Part shown: positions 10,338-19,788 of the stretch, piece after piece
Position numbering within the stretch: position 1 is the stretch's first letter
Layout: the number at the start of each line of letters is the position of its first letter
Origin: an uncultured cyanobacterium
GTDB lineage: Bacteria; Cyanobacteriota; Cyanobacteriia; Cyanobacteriales; CAWCAG01
Direction: 5' to 3'
DNA length: 64,000 nucleotides
Assembly (NCBI GenBank): GCA_963803805.1
Contig: CAWDOD010000002.1
Coordinates: 1,216,001-1,280,000, forward strand
Notes under the pieces: generated by a model
What the model saw: the letters and a program-made list of their open reading frames with translations, nothing else
The model's database searches: none
What the model was told of the DNA's origin: nothing
Position numbers and translations under genes: made by a program

Positions 10338-10673
10338 TTAGCTACTAGCAACCCCTAATGTAATAGTAATTTCGTAGGGATCAATAAATAAGACATCTCT
10401 GTTAGCTAGGATGCTACGAGTTTTTGCTTGACCATTAATTAAAACTCCGTTACGACTAGTTTGGTCAGTGACGAGGAAACTACTATTTTCCCAAGTGATT
10501 AGGGCGTGGAATCGAGATACTTGAGAATCTTTCAATACCATGCGAGAAACTCGCTTCCCTCCAATTTCTTCTGGCATATCGCTAAATTCTCGCCCCAAAG
10601 CAATAGGTACAGTTAAAATTGGCGATCGCTTCTTTCCGGTAGAGGGTTCTTGCCAACTCAATTGAATTTGCAT
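10338..10673 (-). CDS. Stand-alone FHA domain protein (111 aa)
   Basis: ATG 10673 (MQIQLSWQEPSTG) avoids overlap with the upstream gene; LGR...VSRFH...SRNG; close paralog of the N-terminus of 8274-10256. Confidence 0.85.
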   Translation of the reverse strand: MQIQLSWQEPSTGKKRSPILTVPIALGREFSDMPEEIGGKRVSRMVLKDSQVSRFHALITWENSSFLVTDQTSRNGVLINGQAKTRSILANRDVLFIDPYEITITLGVASS

Positions 10674-10699
10674 AGGAATTTTTAAGTAAGGAAATAGGG

Positions 10700-11248
10700 T
10701 TAGCTTTTGGGAACTAAAATACTCGCTGCCCCCGCTAAAGAAGTGCCGCACCACTGACAGCCCAAATCTATTCTTTCGTAGGAGGAAATGCGATGACAAT
10801 GGGGACATTCTAATCCATAGTTACCACTATTCAAAGCAGGGTTATTAACAGCTTGAGGAACTTGCTGAGGTGGAGGAGGCACAATTACTGTTTGGGGAAA
10901 GTTGTTGCTAGGTAAATCTATAACCATTTGCACAACGTTGAGAGTCATTTGCCCTAAATTAATCACGCTACCTTGACTAAGTTTTGCTTCTCCTTGAATG
11001 ATTCTTTTTCCATCTACAAAGGGAGGATTAGACTGTCTTAAATTTCTTAATAAAAATTGCTTTCGGTGAACATCGAAAAATATTTCTATATGCAATCCGG
11101 AGACAGTAGGATCATTTAAAACTACGTCGCAACGCCCAGGATTGCGACCAATGCGAACAGTTCCAGAATTCTTGCTTGGTTGATTTTCTTTAATATTTAT
11201 AGTTTGAGTTTGGTTTGCTTCTTGCCAGCTTAAAGTAAGTTCAGACAT
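10700..11248 (-). CDS. FHA domain protein with C-terminal zinc ribbon
   Basis: IGR...VSGLH FHA motifs; Pro-rich linker; CPHC...CQWC. Confidence 0.87.
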   Translation of the reverse strand: MSELTLSWQEANQTQTINIKENQPSKNSGTVRIGRNPGRCDVVLNDPTVSGLHIEIFFDVHRKQFLLRNLRQSNPPFVDGKRIIQGEAKLSQGSVINLGQMTLNVVQMVIDLPSNNFPQTVIVPPPPQQVPQAVNNPALNSGNYGLECPHCHRISSYERIDLGCQWCGTSLAGAASILVPKS

Positions 11249-11292
11249 AGTTGTTATTCATTTATAATCAAGCCGTAGGATTTAAAATCCCC

Positions 11293-11586
11293 TTAACCAT
11301 GAGATAAAAATTCTATTTTCGGCAACAAAGGATCTTCTACTAAACCAATACCCTGAAATCCCCAACGTTGCAACAAATTTTTAAGTTGACTTCCCGAAAT
11401 AGATTCCACCACAAAACGATTAGCAACTTCCTGGGCATGGGTATTAAGATAACTAAGAGCTTCAAAACTTTCACGAAAGATTAATAAATACCCTGTTTGC
11501 TTTTGATTTGGTTCTACTTGAGGACGAGCAACTAAATATTTACCATCTGTTTGAGAACGGATTAAATAGTGGATGTCATTTATCAT
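11293..11586 (-). CDS. Hypothetical protein (97 aa)
   Basis: Clean ATG ORF co-oriented with neighbours, globular-looking composition. Confidence 0.7.
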   Translation of the reverse strand: MINDIHYLIRSQTDGKYLVARPQVEPNQKQTGYLLIFRESFEALSYLNTHAQEVANRFVVESISGSQLKNLLQRWGFQGIGLVEDPLLPKIEFLSHG

Positions 11587-11686
11587 TTAAGAAGGGAATA
11601 GTGTTAATTAAAAATTAAAAATGTAAAGGCTTAAAGATTATCTTCGCCAAATAATAATTAGCAACAATTAGCAATTAGCAAATAAC

Positions 11687-12730
11687 CTATTTAAGATTTT
11701 CTAACTTAATACGAGGATCGACAGCTTTAAGGAGTAAATCTGCTAATAAGTTGCCAATAATGAGCATTAATGCTCCCATCATTAAACTTGCCATCACCAA
11801 ATAAATATCTTGAGCAGTTACAGCTTGTAAAATTAGTCTTCCCAAACCTGGCCAATTAAAAAAGAATTCGGTAATAAAAGCACCACTAAGTAAGGTAGCA
11901 AATTCAAATCCTAACAGAGTAATCAAAGGGTTAATCGCATTACGCAAGGCATGAATGTAAATTACTTTATTTTCCGGCAATCCTTTAGCACGGGCCGTTT
12001 GAATATAATCTTGGCGCAATACATCTAATAATTCTCCCCTCATCAACCTTTGTAAAGCGGCAAAACTAGTAATACTTAAAGCAATGGTTGGTAAGATTAA
12101 ATGCCAACCAATATCTAAAATTTTACCCAAGGGCGATAAATCCGCATAATTGATGCTAGTCATTCCTCCTACTGGAAATAAAGGAGAGACATATTGAGCT
12201 ATAACTAAAAGAATTAAAGCGGTAATAAAACTAGGAAATCCGTTACCTAAATAACTTAAGAAACGTAATAAGCGATCGCTAAAACGATTTTGATTGACAG
12301 CGCTAAAAATTCCTAAAGGAATTGCAATAGTCCAAGTAATTAAAATAGACGAAAATGCTAATAAAAGTGTAGCAGGTATGCGGTCTAAAAGTAGAGAAGA
12401 TACAGAACGAAAAGATACAAAACTAGTACCAAAATCTCCTCTCGTTACCACTCTAACCAACCATTTCCAATACTGTATAATTGCTGATTGATCTAGACCA
12501 AATTGCTTCCTTAATTCTTCAATGCGTTCTGGGGAAATTTGTGGATTCTGCTGCAAGGTACTTACATAGTCTCCAGGTGCAAACTGAATAATAGTGAAGC
12601 AAAGCATTGAAGCTAACAGCAGAGTAAGAAATGCTTGAGCTAAGCGTTTAATTATGTAGAGAAATGTCTCACTGCCTAGAAAAGTTTGCAGAAAGCTCGG
12701 TTGGGAACTAGTTATTTTATTAGTAGTCAT
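11687..12730 (-). CDS. Peptide/nickel ABC transporter permease (OppB/DppB family)
   Basis: GLDQ...QY..W...GDFGTSF; DYIQTARAKGL...HALRNA EAA loop; FNWPGLG. Confidence 0.92.
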   Translation of the reverse strand: MTTNKITSSQPSFLQTFLGSETFLYIIKRLAQAFLTLLLASMLCFTIIQFAPGDYVSTLQQNPQISPERIEELRKQFGLDQSAIIQYWKWLVRVVTRGDFGTSFVSFRSVSSLLLDRIPATLLLAFSSILITWTIAIPLGIFSAVNQNRFSDRLLRFLSYLGNGFPSFITALILLVIAQYVSPLFPVGGMTSINYADLSPLGKILDIGWHLILPTIALSITSFAALQRLMRGELLDVLRQDYIQTARAKGLPENKVIYIHALRNAINPLITLLGFEFATLLSGAFITEFFFNWPGLGRLILQAVTAQDIYLVMASLMMGALMLIIGNLLADLLLKAVDPRIKLENLK

Positions 12731-12868
12731 AATATAGCCATTCTATTTAGGATGTGAGTAAAGAGTTACTTGTCATAGGGAATAGTCAATAGTCAATATG
12801 AGAAGAGAAATACAGTCTTTTTCTAAACAGGATAAACGTCACTAAACTTTTACAATTTGTTTACTACG

Positions 12869-12893
12869 GCAACTAGCAACTAGCAACTAGCAA
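12869..12893. repeat. Short heptamer tandem repeat (GCAACTA)
   Basis: gcaactagcaactagcaactagcaa just downstream of apt; same unit as the 15.7-kb array on the opposite strand. Confidence 0.8.
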
Positions 12894-12897
12894 AATA

Positions 12898-13416
12898 TCA
12901 ATACTCAACCAAATTAATAATCGGTACATCCGGTAAAATCTTACGACCTTCCAAAGCAATTAACTCAACGATAAAAGCGAAACCAATTAATTTACCATCA
13001 CTATTTCCGATCAACTCTGCTGTCGCTTTAGCTGTACCTCCTGTGGCAATGAGGTCATCTACTACTAAAATTTTAGCCCCAGTCTCAAAAGCGTCTTGGT
13101 GCATTTCTAAGGTATCGCTACCGTACTCTAGTTCGTATTCCACCCGATGGACTTCAGCAGGTAGCTTTCCTGGTTTGCGTACTGGAATAAAACCGATTCC
13201 CAACTGATAGGCTAGAGGCGGACCAAAAATAAATCCCCTAGACTCCATACCTATAATATAATCTGGCTTTAAATCTGCTTCATTAATCTTATGTGTCAAA
13301 GCATCAATAGAATAGCGCAATCCCTCCGGATTGTTCAAAACAGTAGTAATATCCCGAAAGACGATTCCTGGTTTAGGAAAATCTGGTATGTTGCGAATTA
13401 AAGATTTAAGATCCAT
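12898..13416 (-). CDS. apt: Adenine phosphoribosyltransferase
   Basis: [42 protein letters not shown]. Confidence 0.97.
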   Translation of the reverse strand: MDLKSLIRNIPDFPKPGIVFRDITTVLNNPEGLRYSIDALTHKINEADLKPDYIIGMESRGFIFGPPLAYQLGIGFIPVRKPGKLPAEVHRVEYELEYGSDTLEMHQDAFETGAKILVVDDLIATGGTAKATAELIGNSDGKLIGFAFIVELIALEGRKILPDVPIINLVEY

Positions 13417-13667
13417 TTTTGAAGCAAGCTAATTTTCGTTAAGGATTACTGGTATATCTATAGCAATTTTAGGGTGAAATATGAATATAAAAGCACCCTA
13501 TGAATATAAAGGAAAGGAAAGGCTCTGCCGTTACCGCAGGCTAAACTGTAAAGTAAGCGACCCAATCAGAACTTTAGCTGAATTGATCATAATTGGGAAA
13601 ACGGGTCGTCCCTACACTAACTAATAACTGATAACTGAATCATTGATAATTGATAATTGATAAAAGA

Positions 13668-14294
13668 ATGACCCATTCCGCAAGCGTAATGCCAGATTAT
13701 AGTCCTCAAGAACAGCAGCCACTGATTCTGGACAATTTACCAGATATTTCTATTTCCGACCAGGGATGTTCCCCTAAAGTTAAACGGCACATAGATTTGC
13801 TCCTCCTTGCCCTTGAAGCTTTAGAATTAGGAGGATCTGAAAAAATGTTAGCCACAGCTAAAGAATTGGAACTTCAGGGGATTATTAAAAGTCGAGTTGT
13901 CTTCTGGCGTTTGCGCTGTACTAATCCCTGGCGACGTTCCCATACACGACGGCCTTTAAGCTTAGAGGAAGCCAAAGCTTTGGTGGTAATTGCTAACTAC
14001 CGGGCGAAAAACCTAACTGTATTAATTCGCCAGTTAGTGATGGCGCAACAACAAATGCAGGAAAAGGGTCTACCCTTAGAACAGCATTTTCGTTTATCAG
14101 AATATTTAGAACGTTTTCGAGCGCACTTCCGTAGTCGCATGAATCCACGGCGTGCTAAAGTAACAGCCTATGCTTCCTCAGAAGAAAACTTGAACCAATT
14201 GGCTCTTTCTTTGTTGAATCAATTACTGTTCTGTACTGGAACTTCTGGAATGCAGCGATTCTGGACTAGTTTGTTTGATGGAGAGGTGGCATGA
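13668..14294 (+). CDS. Conserved cyanobacterial protein (DUF3038-like)
   Basis: IDLLLLALEAL...WRLRCTNP...LLFCTGTSGMQRFWTSLFDG; ATG 13668; overlaps next gene by ATGA. Confidence 0.8.
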   Translation: MTHSASVMPDYSPQEQQPLILDNLPDISISDQGCSPKVKRHIDLLLLALEALELGGSEKMLATAKELELQGIIKSRVVFWRLRCTNPWRRSHTRRPLSLEEAKALVVIANYRAKNLTVLIRQLVMAQQQMQEKGLPLEQHFRLSEYLERFRAHFRSRMNPRRAKVTAYASSEENLNQLALSLLNQLLFCTGTSGMQRFWTSLFDGEVA

Positions 14295-15685
14295 CAATTA
14301 AGCGGCAGTACAGTTTGCCTAACTGCACTCTAATTTTAGAAGGATTAAGTAACGAGATTACCCCAACAGGGCAGTCTAACAGCAGACCCCTAATTTCTAT
14401 CGCCACTAATGCTGAGTGTCGTTTTTCTCACTCTCCCTATTTCTTAACAGGAGGCCGAGATTTTCTAGAAAATTTGGTTAAATCAGTTAGCGCCTATGCC
14501 CAAGAATTACTTAGCGGCATCAGACATCCTCAAACCTCTGACACTTCAACTGATTCTGTACATATAGAAAAAGCTGAAGACAATACTCTTCATCGCTTAA
14601 CTTGGCAAGAAAATCCCCAAGCAAAACCAGTACAAATTGACCTCAACAATGTCCAATTTTTTGATTTGCTAGAAGCTGTAGATCAGTTTTTGACAGATAG
14701 TCGTACATTACCAGACTTGTCTTTACAACTACAGCCCATTAGTAGGCGCTATCGCCAGGCTGATGAACCCTTAACCCAAAGAACAGCCCCCCTAGCAGTT
14801 GGTATAGGTAGTTTAGCTTTAGCAGGGGCAGCTTTATTCTTTACTCCCATACCGAAAGTAACTGAACCAGAACCAATTAAACAATCTCAAAGCCAAGAAG
14901 AAACACCTAAAACTTCTGAAACTTCTGAAATTGCCACAGAAGAACCTTCCTCAGAGAAAACAAGCAGCGAGGAGTTGGAACCAGAAGAAATTGAAGCATT
15001 ACTTTCTGAGGCGCAACCCATAACCGATGCTACAGAAATAGGATATATCCAAGATAAATTATATAAAAATATATACGAAGAATGGGAAGATCGCAACGAG
15101 GTTGATAGAAATTTAGAATATCGTGTCTCTGCGACTCAAGATGGTTCTATTGTCGCTTTTGAACCGGTAGAAGGCACTTCTAAACAAGCGCAGAAGAAAA
15201 CACCATTGCCAGAGTTGGTTTATACTCCTACTTCTGACACCATTGCTAACCGAGAAGAAATTGCTGAATTTCGGGTTGTCTTTACTGATAACGGGATCTT
15301 ACAAATAAGTTCTTGGGATGGTAGAGAAGAAGAACTTAGTTTTGGTCCAGAAATTACTGACAAAGATACTTTAAGGGATTTAGTTCCTGAAGTTAAAGAA
15401 AAAATCATTGATGCTTGGTCAGAAGAGGAAACTTCTTTTTCTCGAGATTTAGTTTACCGTGTTGGTGTCACAGAAGATGGGATTATTGCCCATTATGAAG
15501 CAGAAAATCAATCTGCTTGGGATTTTGCTGATGAAACTCCTTTACCCAAACTCACTAAGCCAAAAGCTGCCGGTATTGGTACAAGAAGGGGAGAAAGTTT
15601 AGTTCCGAAAAAAGAACTAGGTCAATTTAAAGTTGTTTTCACTACCAATGGTGTGGTACAAGTTAGCCCCTGGCGTGGTTATTAG
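14291..15685 (+). CDS. Cyanobacterial single-TM protein (DUF4335-like)
   Basis: RQYSLPNCTLILEGL N-terminus; TM near residue 170; duplicated C-terminal module (LxYRV...F.VVFT.NG..Q.S.W.G). Confidence 0.78.
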   Translation: MTIKRQYSLPNCTLILEGLSNEITPTGQSNSRPLISIATNAECRFSHSPYFLTGGRDFLENLVKSVSAYAQELLSGIRHPQTSDTSTDSVHIEKAEDNTLHRLTWQENPQAKPVQIDLNNVQFFDLLEAVDQFLTDSRTLPDLSLQLQPISRRYRQADEPLTQRTAPLAVGIGSLALAGAALFFTPIPKVTEPEPIKQSQSQEETPKTSETSEIATEEPSSEKTSSEELEPEEIEALLSEAQPITDATEIGYIQDKLYKNIYEEWEDRNEVDRNLEYRVSATQDGSIVAFEPVEGTSKQAQKKTPLPELVYTPTSDTIANREEIAEFRVVFTDNGILQISSWDGREEELSFGPEITDKDTLRDLVPEVKEKIIDAWSEEETSFSRDLVYRVGVTEDGIIAHYEAENQSAWDFADETPLPKLTKPKAAGIGTRRGESLVPKKELGQFKVVFTTNGVVQVSPWRGY

Positions 15686-15693
15686 ATGAATAG

Positions 15694-15782
15694 GCTAATT
15701 GCTAGTTGCTAGTTGCTAGTTGCTAGTTGCTAGTTGCTAGTTGCTAGTTGCTAGTTGCTAGTTGCTAGTTGCTAGTTGCTAA
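15694..15782. repeat. Heptamer tandem array (GCTAGTT)x11 plus degenerate flanking units
   Basis: Perfect 7-nt period from 15701 to 15777, no unique spacers. Confidence 0.97.
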
Positions 15783-15856
15783 CAGTGAATGGGTAATAAT
15801 TTTTGCACCATCTCCTTATCTCCCCGCCAATCTTAGCTTCTAAAGTAGTATGTAGT

Positions 15857-17245
15857 ATGAAGAAAAAACTGACTAATCAAAGTACTATTGCTTGGACAAT
15901 TGGCATCAGTACCTTAGTCTTCTTTCTTTGTAGTAGTATTCGGCATATTCTGTTTCAATCCACAGTTTTTGATTTAGGATTTTTTACTCAAGCTGCTTAT
16001 TTGATTAGTCAGGGCAAACCTCCTATTTCTTCCTACTTAGGAGTCCATATTCTCGGAGATCATGCTGCTTGGATTTGGTATCCCTTATCTCTATTCTATA
16101 AAATTCATCAAACTGTTTATTGGTTGTTTCTTGTTCAAGCTTTTTCCTTAGCATTAGGTGTTTTACCTACCTGGCTATTAGCTTTACAAGCTGGCTTAAA
16201 AGAATCTCAAGCAGTAGCCGTTTCCTTTGTTTATTTGCTTTATCCGGTGGTATTTAATATCAATCTATTTGATTTTCACCCGGAAGTAATGGCCCTTCCT
16301 GCTTTACTAATAGCAGTGTGGTTTGCACGAAAAGGAAAGATAATTTGGTTTTGTGCCAGTATAATTTTTATTCTAGGTTGTAAAGCAGTTTTATCCCTCA
16401 CAGTATTAGGAATGGGCGTTTGGTTACTAATCTTTGAGAAGCGGCGTTGGTGTGGTGGAATCGCAATTTTAGCTGGGGTTAGTTGGTTTACCATTGCTAC
16501 TCAATTAATCATGCCTGCCTTTACGGGGCAAGAAGCATTATCTGTAGGGCGTTATAGCTACCTTGGGGATTCAATTTTAGAAATTGCCACTAACTTGGTT
16601 TTGAAGCCAGGATTAATCTTCGGAAAAGTTTTTTCCTTAGCAAATTTAGAATATTTAATTCTGCTAATCTTACCCATAGTCTGGGGTTTATCATGGGTAA
16701 GTATTCAGCCGTTAATTCCAGCAATTCCTTGTGTCGCCCTTAACCTACTTGCTGATTACCAAGCACAAAAAGACTTAGTTCATCAATATTCTCTACCAGC
16801 GCTACCATTTCTAATCTTAGCTGTAATTGCTAGCTTAACTGCTAATAAAGCATGGTTGCAAAAACCTAAATATATTATCCTCTGGTCATTAATAACTTTC
16901 TTGTGTTTAGCAAAGTTCACTCATTTTGGTAGTATTTATTTACAAACTTTAGATACTTGGCAAGCCACCAGAGAAGCCCTCAACCGAGTACAAACTTCAG
17001 GTAATATTCTCACCACAGCGGCAATTTCTCCCCATCTTTCCCATCGCCAATTAATTCATTTCACAGAAGCTAATAACCCACCCACTAACTTGAAAACATA
17101 TGATTACGTGTTGCTAAATGTGCGTCATCCCGGTTGGGCAAGTAACCAAGAATTTGCCACAACCTTAGTCAATCAACTTAAAAATCGGCCAGAATTTAAG
17201 TTAAGCTATCAACGCGATGATGTTTATTTGTTTCAACAGCAGTGA
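15857..17245 (+). CDS. DUF2079-like multi-pass membrane protein (GT-C-like)
   Basis: FDLGFFTQ, LGDH, NLFDFHPE, many TM segments; ATG 15857 preferred over TTG 15803. Confidence 0.82.
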   Translation: MKKKLTNQSTIAWTIGISTLVFFLCSSIRHILFQSTVFDLGFFTQAAYLISQGKPPISSYLGVHILGDHAAWIWYPLSLFYKIHQTVYWLFLVQAFSLALGVLPTWLLALQAGLKESQAVAVSFVYLLYPVVFNINLFDFHPEVMALPALLIAVWFARKGKIIWFCASIIFILGCKAVLSLTVLGMGVWLLIFEKRRWCGGIAILAGVSWFTIATQLIMPAFTGQEALSVGRYSYLGDSILEIATNLVLKPGLIFGKVFSLANLEYLILLILPIVWGLSWVSIQPLIPAIPCVALNLLADYQAQKDLVHQYSLPALPFLILAVIASLTANKAWLQKPKYIILWSLITFLCLAKFTHFGSIYLQTLDTWQATREALNRVQTSGNILTTAAISPHLSHRQLIHFTEANNPPTNLKTYDYVLLNVRHPGWASNQEFATTLVNQLKNRPEFKLSYQRDDVYLFQQQ

Positions 17246-17721
17246 ATTCTTGGCAAAGTGATCTTCCTAATCTTCAAGCAACCCTTAACTTTGGTAAAAA
17301 GTTAGGTGAGTCTCTTCCTGGTGGGAGTACAATTTTGTTACAAGGGAATTTGGGGGCAGGAAAAACTAGCCTCATTCAAGGAATTGGCCAAGGATTGGGA
17401 ATTACTGAACCCATTGTTAGCCCGACTTTCACTTTAATTAACGAATACACCGAAGGACGTTTACCCCTATATCACCTAGATTTATACCGCCTACAGCCTG
17501 AAGAAGTCGAAGGTATTTATCCAGAAATCTATTGGGAAGCCTTAGAAGTAACCCCAGGAATCACCGCCATAGAATGGTCACAACGCCTACCCTACCAACC
17601 CGATCATTACTTAGAGATTAACTTGACAAGTCCATCCAAAGGAGGAAGACAAGTTGATTTAAGGATAATCGGAAACTCAAAACTCCACAGAATAGCCTCA
17701 TTAATTACTGATAACTGGTAA
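17242..17721 (+). CDS. tsaE: tRNA threonylcarbamoyladenosine biosynthesis ATPase
   Basis: GNLGAGKT, VSPTFTL, YHLDLYRL, AIEW. Confidence 0.95.
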   Translation: MNSWQSDLPNLQATLNFGKKLGESLPGGSTILLQGNLGAGKTSLIQGIGQGLGITEPIVSPTFTLINEYTEGRLPLYHLDLYRLQPEEVEGIYPEIYWEALEVTPGITAIEWSQRLPYQPDHYLEINLTSPSKGGRQVDLRIIGNSKLHRIASLITDNW

Positions 17722-17736
17722 TTGATAACTGAATCA

Positions 17737-18405
17737 TTAATCAGCCCATCTACGCAACAAATTAGAATGACTTTTAGAAATCAAATCAAACTCTATAGTT
17801 TTTCCTTCCTTAGCAAAAATTGACCGTCTTGCTACATCCAAATCGAACAAAATTTCTCGCTGGTAAGGATCTCGGATTAAACTCTGTACCCATGCTACCG
17901 TCACTAATCTTACTCCTTCTGTCACCTTTTCTACCCGATGCAAAGTTGAAGAAGGATAAACAATTGCTGAACCTGCCTCTAACTTATATTTTCTCTCATC
18001 ATCAGTACCTTCAATAACTAACTCGCCCCCAACGTAGTCAGAAGGAGAGTTGAGAAATAAGGTTAGAGAAACATCTGATTTTAAGAAGTTTTGTCCTCCC
18101 ATAAGTGCATTGTCAGTATGTCTGCCATAGGACATACCTACTTCATAGCGGCTGAAAAGGATAGAGTGGACAATTCTAGGTTTGATTGCTGAGTTGAAAA
18201 TTAAGTTACGTTTGAGGGCTTTTTTAATTAATTCTTTTAAATCCTCACCATAGGAAATTTTCTTCTTTAATTGAATATTATTTTTAACTAGTTTGGCGTG
18301 CCAACCTGCGGTTGTCTTGCCATTTATGAAGTCAGCCTCATTTAAACTAGACGCTATATCATCTAGCTCTTGGGAATTAAGTACATTGGGAATAACAAAT
18401 ATCAT
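17737..18405 (-). CDS. PKHD-type Fe(II)/2-oxoglutarate dioxygenase (PiuC/YbiX family)
   Basis: G..TAGWHAKLVKNN, YGRHTDNA, Y.GGEL, YPSSTLHRV, WVQSLIRD; ATG 18405. Confidence 0.92.
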   Translation of the reverse strand: MIFVIPNVLNSQELDDIASSLNEADFINGKTTAGWHAKLVKNNIQLKKKISYGEDLKELIKKALKRNLIFNSAIKPRIVHSILFSRYEVGMSYGRHTDNALMGGQNFLKSDVSLTLFLNSPSDYVGGELVIEGTDDERKYKLEAGSAIVYPSSTLHRVEKVTEGVRLVTVAWVQSLIRDPYQREILFDLDVARRSIFAKEGKTIEFDLISKSHSNLLRRWAD

Positions 18406-18684
18406 AATGACAAATTTTAGCAAAAACGAAGAGATTTATATAGTCATAATGACAAAGAATTTTTACGGGTAGAAATTATAGACGCAAATTACTGAGAAAG
18501 TACCAATGAATAAAAAATTTAAACTTTCCTTGCCAATTAAGCTAAAAAATGTAATTACTTTGTAGACGATTATGGCAATTGTGCTTTATTATTTTTAAGC
18601 AGGTTAAGAAAATATTATTTCTACCTACTTACTAGCGATGGTTAGTGTCATTATTGTGTGTGGAATATCTAGAGGAGTGAACAA

Positions 18685-18918
18685 ATGAAATTAAAGTCCC
18701 TTGAATTGTTACTAATACTTGGTTTAGCAAGCACAACCATGGTGGCTTGTGATGCCGGAACCGACGAGGAGACGGAACAACCAGCAGAAGAGGAAACTGT
18801 TGAAGAGATACCAGCAGAAGAGGAAACTGTTGAAGAGACACCAGCAGAAGAGGAGACTGTTGAAGAGGAGACACCAGCAGAAGAGGAGACTGAAGGCGGC
18901 GAAGGCGGCGAAGGCTAA
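18685..18918 (+). CDS. Small, very acidic lipoprotein with PAEEETVEE repeats
   Basis: GAGGAG RBS; signal peptide ending in lipobox MVAC; 30-nt tandem repeats 18781-18891; ends GGEGGEG. Confidence 0.8.
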   Translation: MKLKSLELLLILGLASTTMVACDAGTDEETEQPAEEETVEEIPAEEETVEETPAEEETVEEETPAEEETEGGEGGEG

Positions 18919-18970
18919 TTAAGTCCTTGGTAAATCTGTCCCATAACAAACCAAAGTACTTTTTCTTGTA

Positions 18971-19040
18971 AAAGAGAGGAAAGTTTGATTAACCGAAAGT
19001 TAGGCATAAGGCCTATACTCAAATCAGACTTCCTCTCTTT
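18971..19040. other. Long inverted repeat enclosing two small hairpins (possible terminator or structured RNA)
   Basis: AAAGAGAGGAAAGTTTGATT ... AATCAGACTTCCTCTCTTT. Confidence 0.6.
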
Positions 19041-19075
19041 GTTAATTGAAAAAGATTTCTAGGCTAGCATGAATC

Positions 19076-19630
19076 ATGATTGTGGAATCTGAACAAGTTG
19101 GGTTAATAATTAAGGCTCTTGATTTTGCTGCTCACAAGCACCTAGATCAGCGTCGCAAAGGTGAAGAGGCTGCTCCCTATATCAATCATCCTATTGCCTT
19201 AGCCAACTTGTTATGGAATGTAGCTAGCGTCCAAGATCCTGTGGTTGTAACTGCGGCCTTACTCCACGATACCGTAGAAGATACTGATACAACCTTTCAA
19301 GAATTAGCAGCAGAATTTGGTCAAGAAGTAGAAAACTTGGTGAAAGAAGTAACTGACGATAAGTCTCTTCCTAAGCCAAAACGCAAGCAAATGCAAGTAG
19401 AACACGCTGCTCATCTTAGCCAAAAAGCTAAACTTATTAAGTTAGCTGATAAAATTTCTAATCTCAGAGATATGATTGTTCATCCTCCTGCTGATTGGTC
19501 AAAAGAGCGTCAACTAGAATACTTTCACTGGGGAAAACAAGTTATTGATCGCTTACGAGGATCTCATACAGAATTAGAGAAAATTTTTGATCAGGTATAT
19601 CAGCAAGGGATAAAAGAACTAGCAGATTAA
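19076..19630 (+). CDS. HD-domain small alarmone hydrolase (Mesh1/SpoT-hydrolase-like)
   Basis: H..Q.RK....PYINHP, AALLHDTVEDT, EVTDDK, KLADKISNLRD; no synthetase domain. Confidence 0.88.
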   Translation: MIVESEQVGLIIKALDFAAHKHLDQRRKGEEAAPYINHPIALANLLWNVASVQDPVVVTAALLHDTVEDTDTTFQELAAEFGQEVENLVKEVTDDKSLPKPKRKQMQVEHAAHLSQKAKLIKLADKISNLRDMIVHPPADWSKERQLEYFHWGKQVIDRLRGSHTELEKIFDQVYQQGIKELAD

Positions 19631-19788
19631 AAAATTTTGAGTTGCTGCTCACCCCTACATTCAATAACTGACTAAAACCTGAGTGTAAACTAGAGTTAGA
19701 CAACCAACCCAACGAGTAGGCTAGCTTATGATCTAAGCCTGCACTCCACTAACTTAAAACTTGTACACTCCAATAGGATAAATACGTT

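Noticed and set aside
10674-10808. N-terminal extension of the 156-aa ORF
   Set aside because: Overlaps the upstream FHA gene; similarity to the paralog starts at ATG 10673
15694-15782. Possible CRISPR array
   Set aside because: Pure 7-nt tandem repeat with no spacers and no cas genes in the window
18971-19040. Hammerhead ribozyme or glutamine riboswitch
   Set aside because: Core motifs (CUGAnGA with GAAA, or CGUUCA...GGAAG) are not correctly present on either strand
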